Assembly: GCA_007376185.1 (NCBI GenBank)
Contig: VMFS01000002.1
Span: 2,198-66,197 of the forward strand
DNA: 64,000 nt
Reading direction: 5' to 3'
From: Parcubacteria group bacterium Gr01-1014_30
Lineage (GTDB): Bacteria; Patescibacteriota; Minisyncoccia; Minisyncoccales; 2-12-FULL-40-12
How positions within the stretch are numbered: the stretch's first letter is position 1; each line of letters begins with the position of its first letter. Positions 36,033 through 44,765 of the stretch are shown here, in pieces. The notes under the pieces were generated by a model, which was not told the DNA's origin, ran no database searches, and saw only the letters and a program-made list of their open reading frames with translations. The position numbers and the translations under genes were made by a program.

Positions 36033-36291
36033 CGTTTATTGTTCGTGTAGTAGTACTACTACTAGTATCTCCCAATCTTACGGGGTATTGATTTATTATA
36101 AGATTAATATTTTGGATTAAATTTTGACCTTCATTGCTTTTTTGCATTATATCTTTTTGCTCTATCTTATTATTGGTCTTTTTGATATTTATATGCTTAT
36201 AAATTTTATAGACGCTAATGCCTAATACTGCCAATATAATAGTAGATAGTAAATTTGACAAAAAATTCGGAAGAAAACTTTCCCAAAACAT
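35989..36291 (-). CDS. small N-terminally anchored hypothetical protein
   Basis: TM helix LLSTIILAVLGISVYKIY, then a Asn/Lys/Ile-rich tail. Very AT-rich (about 27% GC in 36061-36120 by hand count). Confidence 0.45.
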   Translation of the reverse strand: MFWESFLPNFLSNLLSTIILAVLGISVYKIYKHINIKKTNNKIEQKDIMQKSNEGQNLIQNINLIINQYPVRLGDTSSSTTTRTINDDEEKKYNFPKEYE

Positions 36292-36292
36292 T

Positions 36293-36790
36293 TTACTTAA
36301 TGACTTTTACCTTGGCTGGCCTTAATAATCTGCCGTTTATTGTATAGCCTTTTTGAGTTTCTTCCAAGATAATTCCGCTTTCTTTGTCCGGTGTCTCCAA
36401 CTCTTCCATCACTTCATGCAAATTAGGGTCAAACTTTTCGCCTATTGATTTTATTTCTTCAATGCCCTGCTCTTTCAAAAAGGTTAAAATTTGCTCTTTA
36501 ATTTGCGAAAATCCCTTTATTACTTCTTCACTATTCCCGATTCCTGATTCCTGATTCATAATTCCTTTTATCGCAATTTCAAAGTTGTCTAAAATCGGCA
36601 ATATTTTCACAATTAAGCCCTCATTGGCGTACTTCAGAATGTCGCCTACTCTCTCCATCTCGTCTTTTTTGTAATTCAGAAAGTCGGCTCTGGCCAGCTG
36701 CCAGCCGGCCAAGTATTCATTCTTTAACTTCTCGCATTCATCAAGTTTTTTTTGTATTTCTTCGAGTGTCAGCTTTTTTTCCTCAGACAT
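36293..36790 (-). CDS. grpE: nucleotide exchange factor GrpE
   Basis: ADFLNYKKD, FDPNLHEV and GYTINGRLLRPAKV. Confidence 0.9.
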   Translation of the reverse strand: MSEEKKLTLEEIQKKLDECEKLKNEYLAGWQLARADFLNYKKDEMERVGDILKYANEGLIVKILPILDNFEIAIKGIMNQESGIGNSEEVIKGFSQIKEQILTFLKEQGIEEIKSIGEKFDPNLHEVMEELETPDKESGIILEETQKGYTINGRLLRPAKVKVIK

Positions 36791-36792
36791 AA

Positions 36793-37548
36793 TTATAAAT
36801 TTTCCAGTGCATTTCTCAAGGAACTCATTAAACCGATATTTTTATCATAATCCATTCTTTTGGGACCCAAAATAGATACAATACTTTCGTCATCCCCCGG
36901 CAAATGACATCTGGAAATTATTATGCTGAATTCGCCCGCGTTTTTCAAAGGGTTTTCTTTACCGATAAAAATCTTGATTTCCGAGTTCACTTTCAAGTCC
37001 TCGATGGCCGACCCGCGCGAAGGCGCGGGGAGGCGGGAGAAGAAACTTGTTTCTGCGACCATTTCTTCAAAGCTTTCCAGGAACTCCGCAAAGTTGACGG
37101 TGCAGTCCTGTTCGCTAAATTCTGGCTCGCGCAATACTTCTTCCCATCCTTCTTTCCAGAGTATTTTTTCCTTTTCAAGATAGGTTAAAACTAAGGTTTC
37201 CGCCGCCTGAGCCAATTTTTTTGTTACTGACTGAATGAATTTAATGCTATCTTCGGTTTCTTCGTCGATGAACCAACTTCTGGGGTCTGAATAGTCAAAA
37301 TCATCCTCAAGCAATTCGTCAACAAAAAATCTGTAACCCTTGTCGGTTGGCACTCTGCCAGATGACGTATGCGGCTGCATAATATATCCATCGTCGGTCA
37401 AGCGCTGCATTTCAAGGCGAATAGACGCAGGTTTAATTCCAAAATTATGCCTATCTTGAAGCAACTGGGAAGAAACGGGCTTTGCCGACTCAATGTATTC
37501 TTCAATTAGGCAGTTTAGGATGTTTGATTGTCGTTCTGTTATACTCAT
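36793..37548 (-). CDS. hrcA: heat-inducible transcription repressor HrcA (short form)
   Basis: N-terminal winged helix ERQSNILNCLIEEYIESAKPVSSQ. Positioned 5' of grpE-dnaK-dnaJ with a CIRCE element upstream. Confidence 0.8.
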   Translation of the reverse strand: MSITERQSNILNCLIEEYIESAKPVSSQLLQDRHNFGIKPASIRLEMQRLTDDGYIMQPHTSSGRVPTDKGYRFFVDELLEDDFDYSDPRSWFIDEETEDSIKFIQSVTKKLAQAAETLVLTYLEKEKILWKEGWEEVLREPEFSEQDCTVNFAEFLESFEEMVAETSFFSRLPAPSRGSAIEDLKVNSEIKIFIGKENPLKNAGEFSIIISRCHLPGDDESIVSILGPKRMDYDKNIGLMSSLRNALENL

Positions 37549-37578
37549 TAAACTAATTATTATATTAGCAAATCAAGA

Positions 37579-37605
37579 TTAGCAGTCAAGGCCTAAGAGT
37601 GATAA
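37579..37605. promoter_or_regulatory. CIRCE operator (HrcA binding site)
   Basis: TTAGCAGTC-N9-GAGTGATAA compared with the consensus TTAGCACTC-N9-GAGTGCTAA (2 mismatches). Lies about 30 nt upstream of the hrcA start. Confidence 0.75.
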
Positions 37606-37650
37606 TACAACCGCTTTTATTTGTTTCTTACTGTATGATACTATATTGTA

Positions 37651-38898
37651 ATGCCAAAGAAAACCCTGATATTTCTGTTAATTATTCTGGCAATAGCCGC
37701 TTTTTTTCGACTTTGGCGACTTGACTCTTTGCCGCCCGGTCTCTGGCCCGATGAAACGGCTTACGTCAATGACGCAATAGAAACTTTGGAAACGGGCGAC
37801 TTTAAGGTTTTTTATCCTGAAAACCACGGCAGAGAGGGTCTTTTTATGTGGCTTCTTGCCGGCTTCTTTTCTCTTTTCGGGATCTCGGTTCTGTCTTTCA
37901 AAATAGTGCCGGCACTCATTGGCATTTTGACCGTTCTCGGCATTTACCTTTTAGCTAAGGAGCTTTTTAGAAATGAAGCTATATCCCTGCTAGCTTCATT
38001 TTTTCTGGCCATTTCTTTTTGGCACGTTAACTTTTCCAGAATCGGCTTCAGGGCGATTTTACTGCCCCTGGTGCTGACTTTCGCTTTTTACTTTTTCTTT
38101 CGCGCCCTGAGAACAAAAAACTCTCTTGATTTTATTTTAACCGGCCTAATCTTCGGCCTCGGTTTTTACACCTACATCAGTTTTCGCCTAGCTGTGCTGG
38201 TTTTTGGCTTTGTTCTTCTTCTTTGGATGTTTGTTGCCAAAAGGGAAAATTGGCTAAAAAGATATCTTGGCGGGACTGCCTTGTTGCTTATGACAACTTT
38301 TATTGTTGCCTTGCCCATAGGGCTTTATTTTTTGGAAAATCCCGAACACTTCGTTTCGCGGGCGCTCGGCGTGTCCGTGTTTGAAACAGAACAACCTGTA
38401 AAGGAGTTTTTAAAAAGTTTTGGAAAACACCTCGCAATGTTTAATTTTGTTGGCGACCGCAACTTGAGGCACAACCTTTCGGGATTTCCTCAACTGTCAC
38501 CTTCGGCCGGAATCTTTTTCCTTGTTGGGATTATTTTTGCGGTTTTTCGCGGCTTTGCGGGCAGTTTCAAAGAGCGCGGGATTTATTTATTTTTATTCGT
38601 GTGGCTCTTTGCGCTTTTGCTGCCAGGGGCTCTGACGGTTGAAGGAGTACCCCACGCTTTAAGAACAATAGGCGTAATACCCGCAGCTTATATTTTTGCG
38701 GGGCTGGGCGCATGGCTGATTTATGATTGGGCTAAAAATAAATTTAGGGATATTAAAGTTGTTGCCTTTGGCTTGCTGGCGCTGATGCTTGTTTCTTCTT
38801 TTGTTATGTATTTTGTTGTTTGGGCAAAAACCCCTGAGCTTAAAAATGCTTTTCCTCTAAATCCTGACGACCAGAAAGTATGGAGAATCGTGCCATAA
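37651..38898 (+). CDS. GT39/GT83-type (ArnT/PMT-like) membrane glycosyltransferase
   Basis: Polytopic protein. The N-terminal loop LWPDETAY (DE motif after TM1) is typical of lipid-carrier-dependent glycosyltransferases. Confidence 0.7.
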   Translation: MPKKTLIFLLIILAIAAFFRLWRLDSLPPGLWPDETAYVNDAIETLETGDFKVFYPENHGREGLFMWLLAGFFSLFGISVLSFKIVPALIGILTVLGIYLLAKELFRNEAISLLASFFLAISFWHVNFSRIGFRAILLPLVLTFAFYFFFRALRTKNSLDFILTGLIFGLGFYTYISFRLAVLVFGFVLLLWMFVAKRENWLKRYLGGTALLLMTTFIVALPIGLYFLENPEHFVSRALGVSVFETEQPVKEFLKSFGKHLAMFNFVGDRNLRHNLSGFPQLSPSAGIFFLVGIIFAVFRGFAGSFKERGIYLFLFVWLFALLLPGALTVEGVPHALRTIGVIPAAYIFAGLGAWLIYDWAKNKFRDIKVVAFGLLALMLVSSFVMYFVVWAKTPELKNAFPLNPDDQKVWRIVP

Positions 38899-40637
38899 AC
38901 ATTATTGCGTTTTTGCTCCTTTCAATGCTCTTTCTGACGGCTGTTTTGAGTATGAAAGATGACTCGCTTACTTTTGACGAATTGGCTCACATTCCTGCCG
39001 GGTACTCTTATCTTACAAAGCAGGACTACCGCTTGAACCCGGAACACCCGCCTCTTGTCAAAGATATTCCGGCTTTGCCTCTGCTTTTTTTGAACCTTAA
39101 CTTTCCGGATGAGTCGCCAAACTGGCTGCAGAAGGACTCCTCGCCGCCATGGTGGGTTCAGTTTGATTTGGGAATGGAGTTTATCTATGGCTCTGGCAAC
39201 AACCCAAGGGCAATTATTTTTTGGCCGCGCCTGGCAATGGTTGTTTTGTTGGTATTTACAGGGTGGCTGTTATACGTATGGACAAGAAAAACCGCCAACA
39301 ACGTTGTGGCGTTGCTAGCGCTAACACTCTTTGCTTTCTCCCCCACTTTTTTAGCGCACGGCCACTTAGGAAACACTGACTTGGGAGCCGCTTTCGGGGC
39401 GTTGCTCGCCGCTATTTTTTGGCTAAAGTTTCTTGATAAACCTTACTGGAAAAACGTTTTATTTGCGGGGCTCGCTCTCGGAGTCGCTCTTCTTTTGAAA
39501 TTCTCTCTTATTTTACTAATTCCTTTTTTTGTGATTATCACCTTCCTATACGCCTTTTTATTCTCAGTGAACATTTGGCAGTACATCGGCAAAGCCGTCG
39601 CCTCAGGCCTCATAGCGTTTATTTTAGTTATTTGGCCTGTTTATCAGTTCCATATTTGGAATTATCCGGCAGAGCAGCAAATAAGAGACACGATAGCTGA
39701 CATTTCAGGCCACCCCGTGCCTTTTGCCCGCGATTTAACCTTCTGGATGGCGGAAAGCGACTTTTTCCGCGCACCGGCTCAATACTTCAGAGGCCTGCTT
39801 ATGGCTTCGCAAAGAACTGCCTGGGGCAACACAACTTATTTCTTGGGCGAGGTTTCAGCCGATGCTCGGCTGGCATACTTCCCTCTTTTGTATCTGGTTA
39901 AAGAAACATTGGCTTTTCAGGTTCTTTCATTGCTTGCTTTGTGTTTTCTCGCCCTTTGGTTCTGGCATGCTCTGCGCGATAAAGAAAATTGGCTCGAGTC
40001 CTTTAAGGGTCATTTTTGGATATTGGCTTTCCTTATATGGATTTTGGGCTATTGGGTTGCGGCTTTGGCCGGCAACTTGAATATTGGCATACGTCACCTA
40101 ATGCCGGCTTTGCCTTTCACTTATATTTTGGTTGTCTTTGCCATTTGGCAAGGCATAAAGCGGTTTGACTCACTTGTTTTGCGCCGCGCCCTCGCGGCTA
40201 TAGCTTTTATTATGTTTTTGTGGCACGCTGTTTCTTCTTTTCTCGCGTTTCCTCACTATATTTCGTATTACAATAAGTTGGGAGGCGGCATTAGCGAAGG
40301 ATATCAAATAGCCGTTGATTCAAACTACGATTGGGGTCAGGATTTTTATCGCTTGCTTGCTTTTGTTGAAGAAGAAAAGATAGATAAAATATACGTTGAT
40401 TATTTTGGCGGTGAGTCGGTCCAATACTGGCTTGGCGAAAAATATATCCGGCTAAACCCAAGAGAAATAACGGAACCACCCAAGGGGTGGCTGGCGGTAT
40501 CGACAAATCATTTAATGGGCGGGCTGGCAAAACCAGTCCAAGGCTTTGACCAAGAAACCGGCTACTACAACTGGCTGAAAGGTTATACTCCCGTCGCAAA
40601 AGCCGGCCACTCAATTTTCATTTATAAAATCGATTAA
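38880..40637 (+). CDS. GT39/GT83-type membrane glycosyltransferase (second paralog) with C-terminal soluble domain
   Basis: TFDELAHIPAGY after TM1, at least 10 TM helices. Overlaps the upstream gene by 19 nt. Confidence 0.65.
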   Translation: MENRAINIIAFLLLSMLFLTAVLSMKDDSLTFDELAHIPAGYSYLTKQDYRLNPEHPPLVKDIPALPLLFLNLNFPDESPNWLQKDSSPPWWVQFDLGMEFIYGSGNNPRAIIFWPRLAMVVLLVFTGWLLYVWTRKTANNVVALLALTLFAFSPTFLAHGHLGNTDLGAAFGALLAAIFWLKFLDKPYWKNVLFAGLALGVALLLKFSLILLIPFFVIITFLYAFLFSVNIWQYIGKAVASGLIAFILVIWPVYQFHIWNYPAEQQIRDTIADISGHPVPFARDLTFWMAESDFFRAPAQYFRGLLMASQRTAWGNTTYFLGEVSADARLAYFPLLYLVKETLAFQVLSLLALCFLALWFWHALRDKENWLESFKGHFWILAFLIWILGYWVAALAGNLNIGIRHLMPALPFTYILVVFAIWQGIKRFDSLVLRRALAAIAFIMFLWHAVSSFLAFPHYISYYNKLGGGISEGYQIAVDSNYDWGQDFYRLLAFVEEEKIDKIYVDYFGGESVQYWLGEKYIRLNPREITEPPKGWLAVSTNHLMGGLAKPVQGFDQETGYYNWLKGYTPVAKAGHSIFIYKID

Positions 40638-40687
40638 AATTTCTCCTTGACACTTGATTCCAAAGTGATACACTTAAGTTGTAATTT

Positions 40688-41035
40688 ATGACAGACGACA
40701 TCAGAAAAATCATAGGTGAGTATAAAGACGAAACCAAGCGGCATTTTGATGAAAAAACTGAAGAAATCAAACGGCATTTTGATGTTGTAAAAGAAGGTTT
40801 GGAAAACAAAATGGATGGAATCTCTGAACAAGTTGCTACGAATACCGAGCAAATTACCGCACTTCAAGGGGATATGAAGGTTGTTAGACAAGACCTTGGG
40901 AAAGTTAGAGACGACGTAGAGGTAATCAAGCTTGACCTTGAAGTCATAAAAAACGACCTTAAACAAAAAGTTTCCCGCGATGAATTTGTTATTCTGGAAA
41001 GAAGAGTTAGCATGCTGGAAGAAAAACAAAGATAG
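40688..41035 (+). CDS. coiled-coil hypothetical protein
   Basis: Heptad-rich with an internal KRHFD repeat. 115 aa. Confidence 0.5.
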   Translation: MTDDIRKIIGEYKDETKRHFDEKTEEIKRHFDVVKEGLENKMDGISEQVATNTEQITALQGDMKVVRQDLGKVRDDVEVIKLDLEVIKNDLKQKVSRDEFVILERRVSMLEEKQR

Positions 41036-41056
41036 AAAAATTTCACTCCAAATTGA

Positions 41057-41086
41057 AAAGCGGCTCCTTAAAAAGCGAGCCGCTTT
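41057..41086. terminator. bidirectional hairpin terminator between convergent genes
   Basis: AAAGCGGCTC...GAGCCGCTTT flanked by A/T runs on both sides. Confidence 0.7.
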
Positions 41087-41173
41087 GTTGTATAAACGCG
41101 TAGGAAGTCGAATTTCCTAAGATCACTTCGTCAGATACATACTAAAGCTGATTACCCTGGGTTCCACGAATGC

Positions 41174-41509
41174 TCAGGGCCCCCACTGGTGACGAGGCTT
41201 AGTACGAGCTGGCTTCATCTCTGAGCTGGCACAATATGCGTCAACAAGCATTTCACAAATATATTCCCTGAGCGAAAATTTGCCATCGGGAGAACCGCTC
41301 TCAATCAAGGCCCTAAGCAATGCTCCTTCCTTAGACGTTAGACTAACCTCTACAATATGCAGAACTCTATCTCCAAATGCTAAGTCAGGATTAGTTGGGT
41401 TTTTTAATCTTTCTAACCAGTCTTTCTCGTCGGTGCGCCTTTCTTCGTCATAACCACACATGACAAAGCCACTTTGTTGATAAATAACGAACGCTCCCCA
41501 CTTTGACAT
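41174..41509 (-). CDS. hypothetical cytoplasmic protein
   Basis: 111-aa ORF with a strong SD (GAGGAGG 6 nt upstream). No recognisable motif. Confidence 0.5.
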   Translation of the reverse strand: MSKWGAFVIYQQSGFVMCGYDEERRTDEKDWLERLKNPTNPDLAFGDRVLHIVEVSLTSKEGALLRALIESGSPDGKFSLREYICEMLVDAYCASSEMKPARTKPRHQWGP

Positions 41510-41680
41510 ATCTTCCTCCTCAGATCAGTACTTCGCGCCGGCCTTGCTTGCAATAAACAATTCTTCAATTTATAAAGGACGGTCTTCTATCATACCATTC
41601 AAATATTCTTTTGTAAAACATAGCTTCCACGTTTTATTTGCTCCAGCAATTCTTTTTTTCTGGCATTGTGATAGTGAAGG

Positions 41681-42493
41681 TTACAGCGCCGGGTACACAA
41701 AGATCCGGTCAAAGCGCAAGTCAATGTATTCCAAAAGCGTTCTTTTCTCTGGCGGCAAAGCGCTTTCAAGAAGCGTTAATAAAGCAGTTATCTGCTCACC
41801 TAAGCTCTTTTTCAAGCTGAAATAAACTTCAAAGCCGTCTTGCGTTTTAACGTTCAAGCGCTCTGTCGAAACCAGCAGAAACTCCTCTGGGGAAATGTTT
41901 TTTAAGTTTTTCTCAAGTTCCAAAATTATATTCAGAGTTTCTTGGTCAATAACCTTGCTCCCTAAGGTTGGTTCAGTTTCCAAGGTTAGGTTGCTCAATT
42001 TAGGCAAAGTTAAATCCTCTGTGGCAGGAGCGAATATTACGCCATTTTTATCCAAAAGAAAACAATTGTCTAGCCCGCCTTCGCTAAAGCTTCGGCGGGT
42101 AAAACAAAAAACTCCAACCTCCTGCCTTTCAGCCAAAGCCAAGTTCAAAATGTTGGGAAAAGTTTTTTCAATCTCAAGCTCCCCCACTTGAGGAAACTTC
42201 TGCAGTATAACTTCTCTCAATTTGCCCGAGTTCACCAAAAAAATGCTCCTGCTGCCTATGAACAAAAATTTTTTCTCAAGCCTTCCCTCCACAAGATCCT
42301 CAATGTGCTGCGCCAGTTCACTTTCTTGACCCTGAACGCTTATTCCCGCAACCTGGAAAAAGTCGGAAAAGATGAACAAGTATAAAAGGCCGGCAAAAGA
42401 AGCAAGTGTAAAACTAGAAACCCAAAAAAACTTTCGCTTGAAAATTGATTTTCTCCTTCTGTGGCGGTGCGGTTTTCTGTATCTTTTTCTCAT
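41681..42493 (-). CDS. ftsQ: cell division protein FtsQ/DivIB-like (POTRA domain)
   Basis: Basic N-terminus, a single TM helix, then a POTRA-like region FQVAGISVQG. Cell-wall gene context. Confidence 0.65.
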   Translation of the reverse strand: MRKRYRKPHRHRRRKSIFKRKFFWVSSFTLASFAGLLYLFIFSDFFQVAGISVQGQESELAQHIEDLVEGRLEKKFLFIGSRSIFLVNSGKLREVILQKFPQVGELEIEKTFPNILNLALAERQEVGVFCFTRRSFSEGGLDNCFLLDKNGVIFAPATEDLTLPKLSNLTLETEPTLGSKVIDQETLNIILELEKNLKNISPEEFLLVSTERLNVKTQDGFEVYFSLKKSLGEQITALLTLLESALPPEKRTLLEYIDLRFDRIFVYPAL

Positions 42494-42504
42494 ATCAAAA
42501 CTGA

Positions 42505-43506
42505 TTACAGCCCTCTTTTAAGTTTTCTCAGCTTTTCAAAAGTATAAGTCAGCCAGTACTTTTTGGAAAGAGGCAGGTCTTGCGTCTTCATATACTCATA
42601 TGCCTTCCCGTTAAAACCCAACTTGAACAAAGTGGGGCCTGCCCAGGGGTGTTTTGGATATTTTTTTGGGTCAATATACCCCCAAAAGTCGTAAATTCTA
42701 CAGCCGCGTTTCTTTGCTTCTTTTATTGCTTCCCATTGAAGTAAATAGGCCAAGGGGACTTTGTGGTGTTTGTCAGAAAGCGCTGCTTGATGGTAAAAGC
42801 CGATGTTTGACCAAAAAATAATCAAGACGGCCGCCTCTGCTTCGCTTCTATATTTCGCGAAAAGCAACAGGGCTTTATTATCTTTGGCAAAAACTTCGAA
42901 CTCGGCTTTAACCACTTCTTCTGAAAATGGAACGAAATGCTGCTTTTTTGCAGTTTCTTTGGCAAGTTGGTTATAAAGTTCCAAGTCGCTTATCTTGTCA
43001 CTCATCACAACTTCAATATCGGCATTTTTCTCTGCCTGCCTTATGAGATAGCGCGTGGTTTTGCGCATGTTCCTGATTAATTCTTCTTCAGAAGGAGCGA
43101 TATCCAGTTTCCACGTGGCCTCGTAGGCCGAGGCGTGCATCGACGACTCTATGAATCCGGAATCCTTGAATAATTTTATGTTTTCTTCGTTTCTTGGTAG
43201 AAGCGGAGCCACCCTAATAAAAGAGCAGTTTTCTCTTGAAGCTATTTCCTTTAATATATTCAATAAAACTCCCGACATGGAAATCCCGTGCGGCACCAAT
43301 AAGAAATTTCCCCTTTTTGCCTGAATCTTTACCGCTAAAATAGCGGAGGATAGACCTCCGCTATTTAAAAGTCCGAGGCGCCAAACCTTGTTTCCCAGTT
43401 TTTTTTGAACCTCACCCCAAGCCCAGCTCTGCAAAAAGCTTTTATCTTCTTTGTTTTCAAAAAAACTTTCCCAAGCGTTTTTGTCGTTCACTTCTCTTAT
43501 TTCCAT
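42505..43506 (-). CDS. FemAB-family peptidoglycan interpeptide-bridge aminoacyltransferase
   Basis: FLQSWAWGEV N-terminus and YDFWG near the C-terminus are typical of FemX/MurM-like proteins. Confidence 0.7.
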   Translation of the reverse strand: MEIREVNDKNAWESFFENKEDKSFLQSWAWGEVQKKLGNKVWRLGLLNSGGLSSAILAVKIQAKRGNFLLVPHGISMSGVLLNILKEIASRENCSFIRVAPLLPRNEENIKLFKDSGFIESSMHASAYEATWKLDIAPSEEELIRNMRKTTRYLIRQAEKNADIEVVMSDKISDLELYNQLAKETAKKQHFVPFSEEVVKAEFEVFAKDNKALLLFAKYRSEAEAAVLIIFWSNIGFYHQAALSDKHHKVPLAYLLQWEAIKEAKKRGCRIYDFWGYIDPKKYPKHPWAGPTLFKLGFNGKAYEYMKTQDLPLSKKYWLTYTFEKLRKLKRGL

Positions 43507-44765
43507 GGCTCAAGAAACTTGACTACTTTTTCTGCGTCCTGGATTGAAATATTAATGTGCGTGGGCAGGTTTAAGGTCTGCTTTGCCAATTTTTCCGCTT
43601 TCTTGCAGCTCCCTCCAACGTACCCCAATTTATCAAGCTGGGTGTCAGAAGGCGCAATGGGACTATCATACCAATCCCCAAGCAAAATATTCTTTTTCCA
43701 GGCCTTTTTTATTATATCATGGGCTTTGAGGTGTTTTACCGCAAATCTAAGATATATTTGCTGCGCTTTTGGCGGCAATTCAAAAGAAGTGCTTTTCAGC
43801 GCTTTGCGGTAAAACTCGGCGATTTTCCTGCGATGATTGTTAAACCGCTTAATCTTTTTCATTTGCGCCAAGGCCAAAGTGGCCAAAGCCGAAGGCAAAC
43901 GTTTTGGAAAGTAAGCTGGTTTTTTGCCCCTTTTTTCTCTCCAGTGAACCGCCTTTGATAAAATGCGCAGTCCCTGGGCAATGACCAAGATGTATTTCCC
44001 GAAAACTCTATAGGTCGGTAGAATTTTCCAGTTCATAAGCAAAGGGTGCAAGAGCTGCTGGAAAATCCAGCAGTAAGATGGCTCTCCGATTCTACCTTGA
44101 TATTCTTTTAGCTTCTTTGCCAAATCATCGTCATTGACGGCAACCATACCTCCATAAACTGAAGATATCACTTTGTCTCTTGAAAAACTGAAGAAAGAGA
44201 CCTTTCCAAAGGTTCCGACTTTTCTATTCTTGTATTTGGCCCCTAAAGCATGGGCGCAGTCCTCAATTAAAATTAAGTTATTCTCGCGGCAAATCTTCAT
44301 AATCTTTTGCATTTCAGCTGGCAAGCCAAAGGTATGCTGAACTATCAATACTTTTGCTTTCCTGCCCTTTGGTTTCTTACCTCGGGGAGTAAAACGACGA
44401 AGGGTTCGCTTCAGATCATCAACATCAATATTAAAACTGCTTTCGTCACAATCAACGTAAACCGGTTTTAGTCCAACCCAGATTATGGGATTTGCCGCGG
44501 CGTTGCAGGTAAAAGCTTGCAGTAAAACTTCGTCGTTTTTTTTAAGTCCTAATGCATCTAAAATGACCATCAAAGCCGACCTCCCGCTGTTAAATGAAAA
44601 CGCATATTTTACGCCCAAGTATTTAGCAAACTCTTCCTCAAGTCGGCCAACAGCTCCCTTTTTCTTCCAGCGCCACGGCTGAAAAAGCAATTTAAAAGCC
44701 AGCCGCACGTCATCACTCTCCGTATTTGGCGATAAAGAAATTGAAATCGGCCTAAACAGATTCAT
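43497..44765 (-). CDS. DegT/DnrJ/EryC1/StrS-family PLP-dependent aminotransferase
   Basis: FNSGRSAL, EDCAHALGA and FSFSRDKVIS (PLP lysine). Confidence 0.75.
   Translation of the reverse strand: MNLFRPISISLSPNTESDDVRLAFKLLFQPWRWKKKGAVGRLEEEFAKYLGVKYAFSFNSGRSALMVILDALGLKKNDEVLLQAFTCNAAANPIIWVGLKPVYVDCDESSFNIDVDDLKRTLRRFTPRGKKPKGRKAKVLIVQHTFGLPAEMQKIMKICRENNLILIEDCAHALGAKYKNRKVGTFGKVSFFSFSRDKVISSVYGGMVAVNDDDLAKKLKEYQGRIGEPSYCWIFQQLLHPLLMNWKILPTYRVFGKYILVIAQGLRILSKAVHWREKRGKKPAYFPKRLPSALATLALAQMKKIKRFNNHRRKIAEFYRKALKSTSFELPPKAQQIYLRFAVKHLKAHDIIKKAWKKNILLGDWYDSPIAPSDTQLDKLGYVGGSCKKAEKLAKQTLNLPTHINISIQDAEKVVKFLEPWK

Noticed and set aside
36537-36558. GATTCCT tandem (about 3 copies) inside grpE
   Set aside because: It is a short microsatellite within an intact reading frame (encoding ESGIGN). 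There is no evidence of phase variation or a link to the R family.
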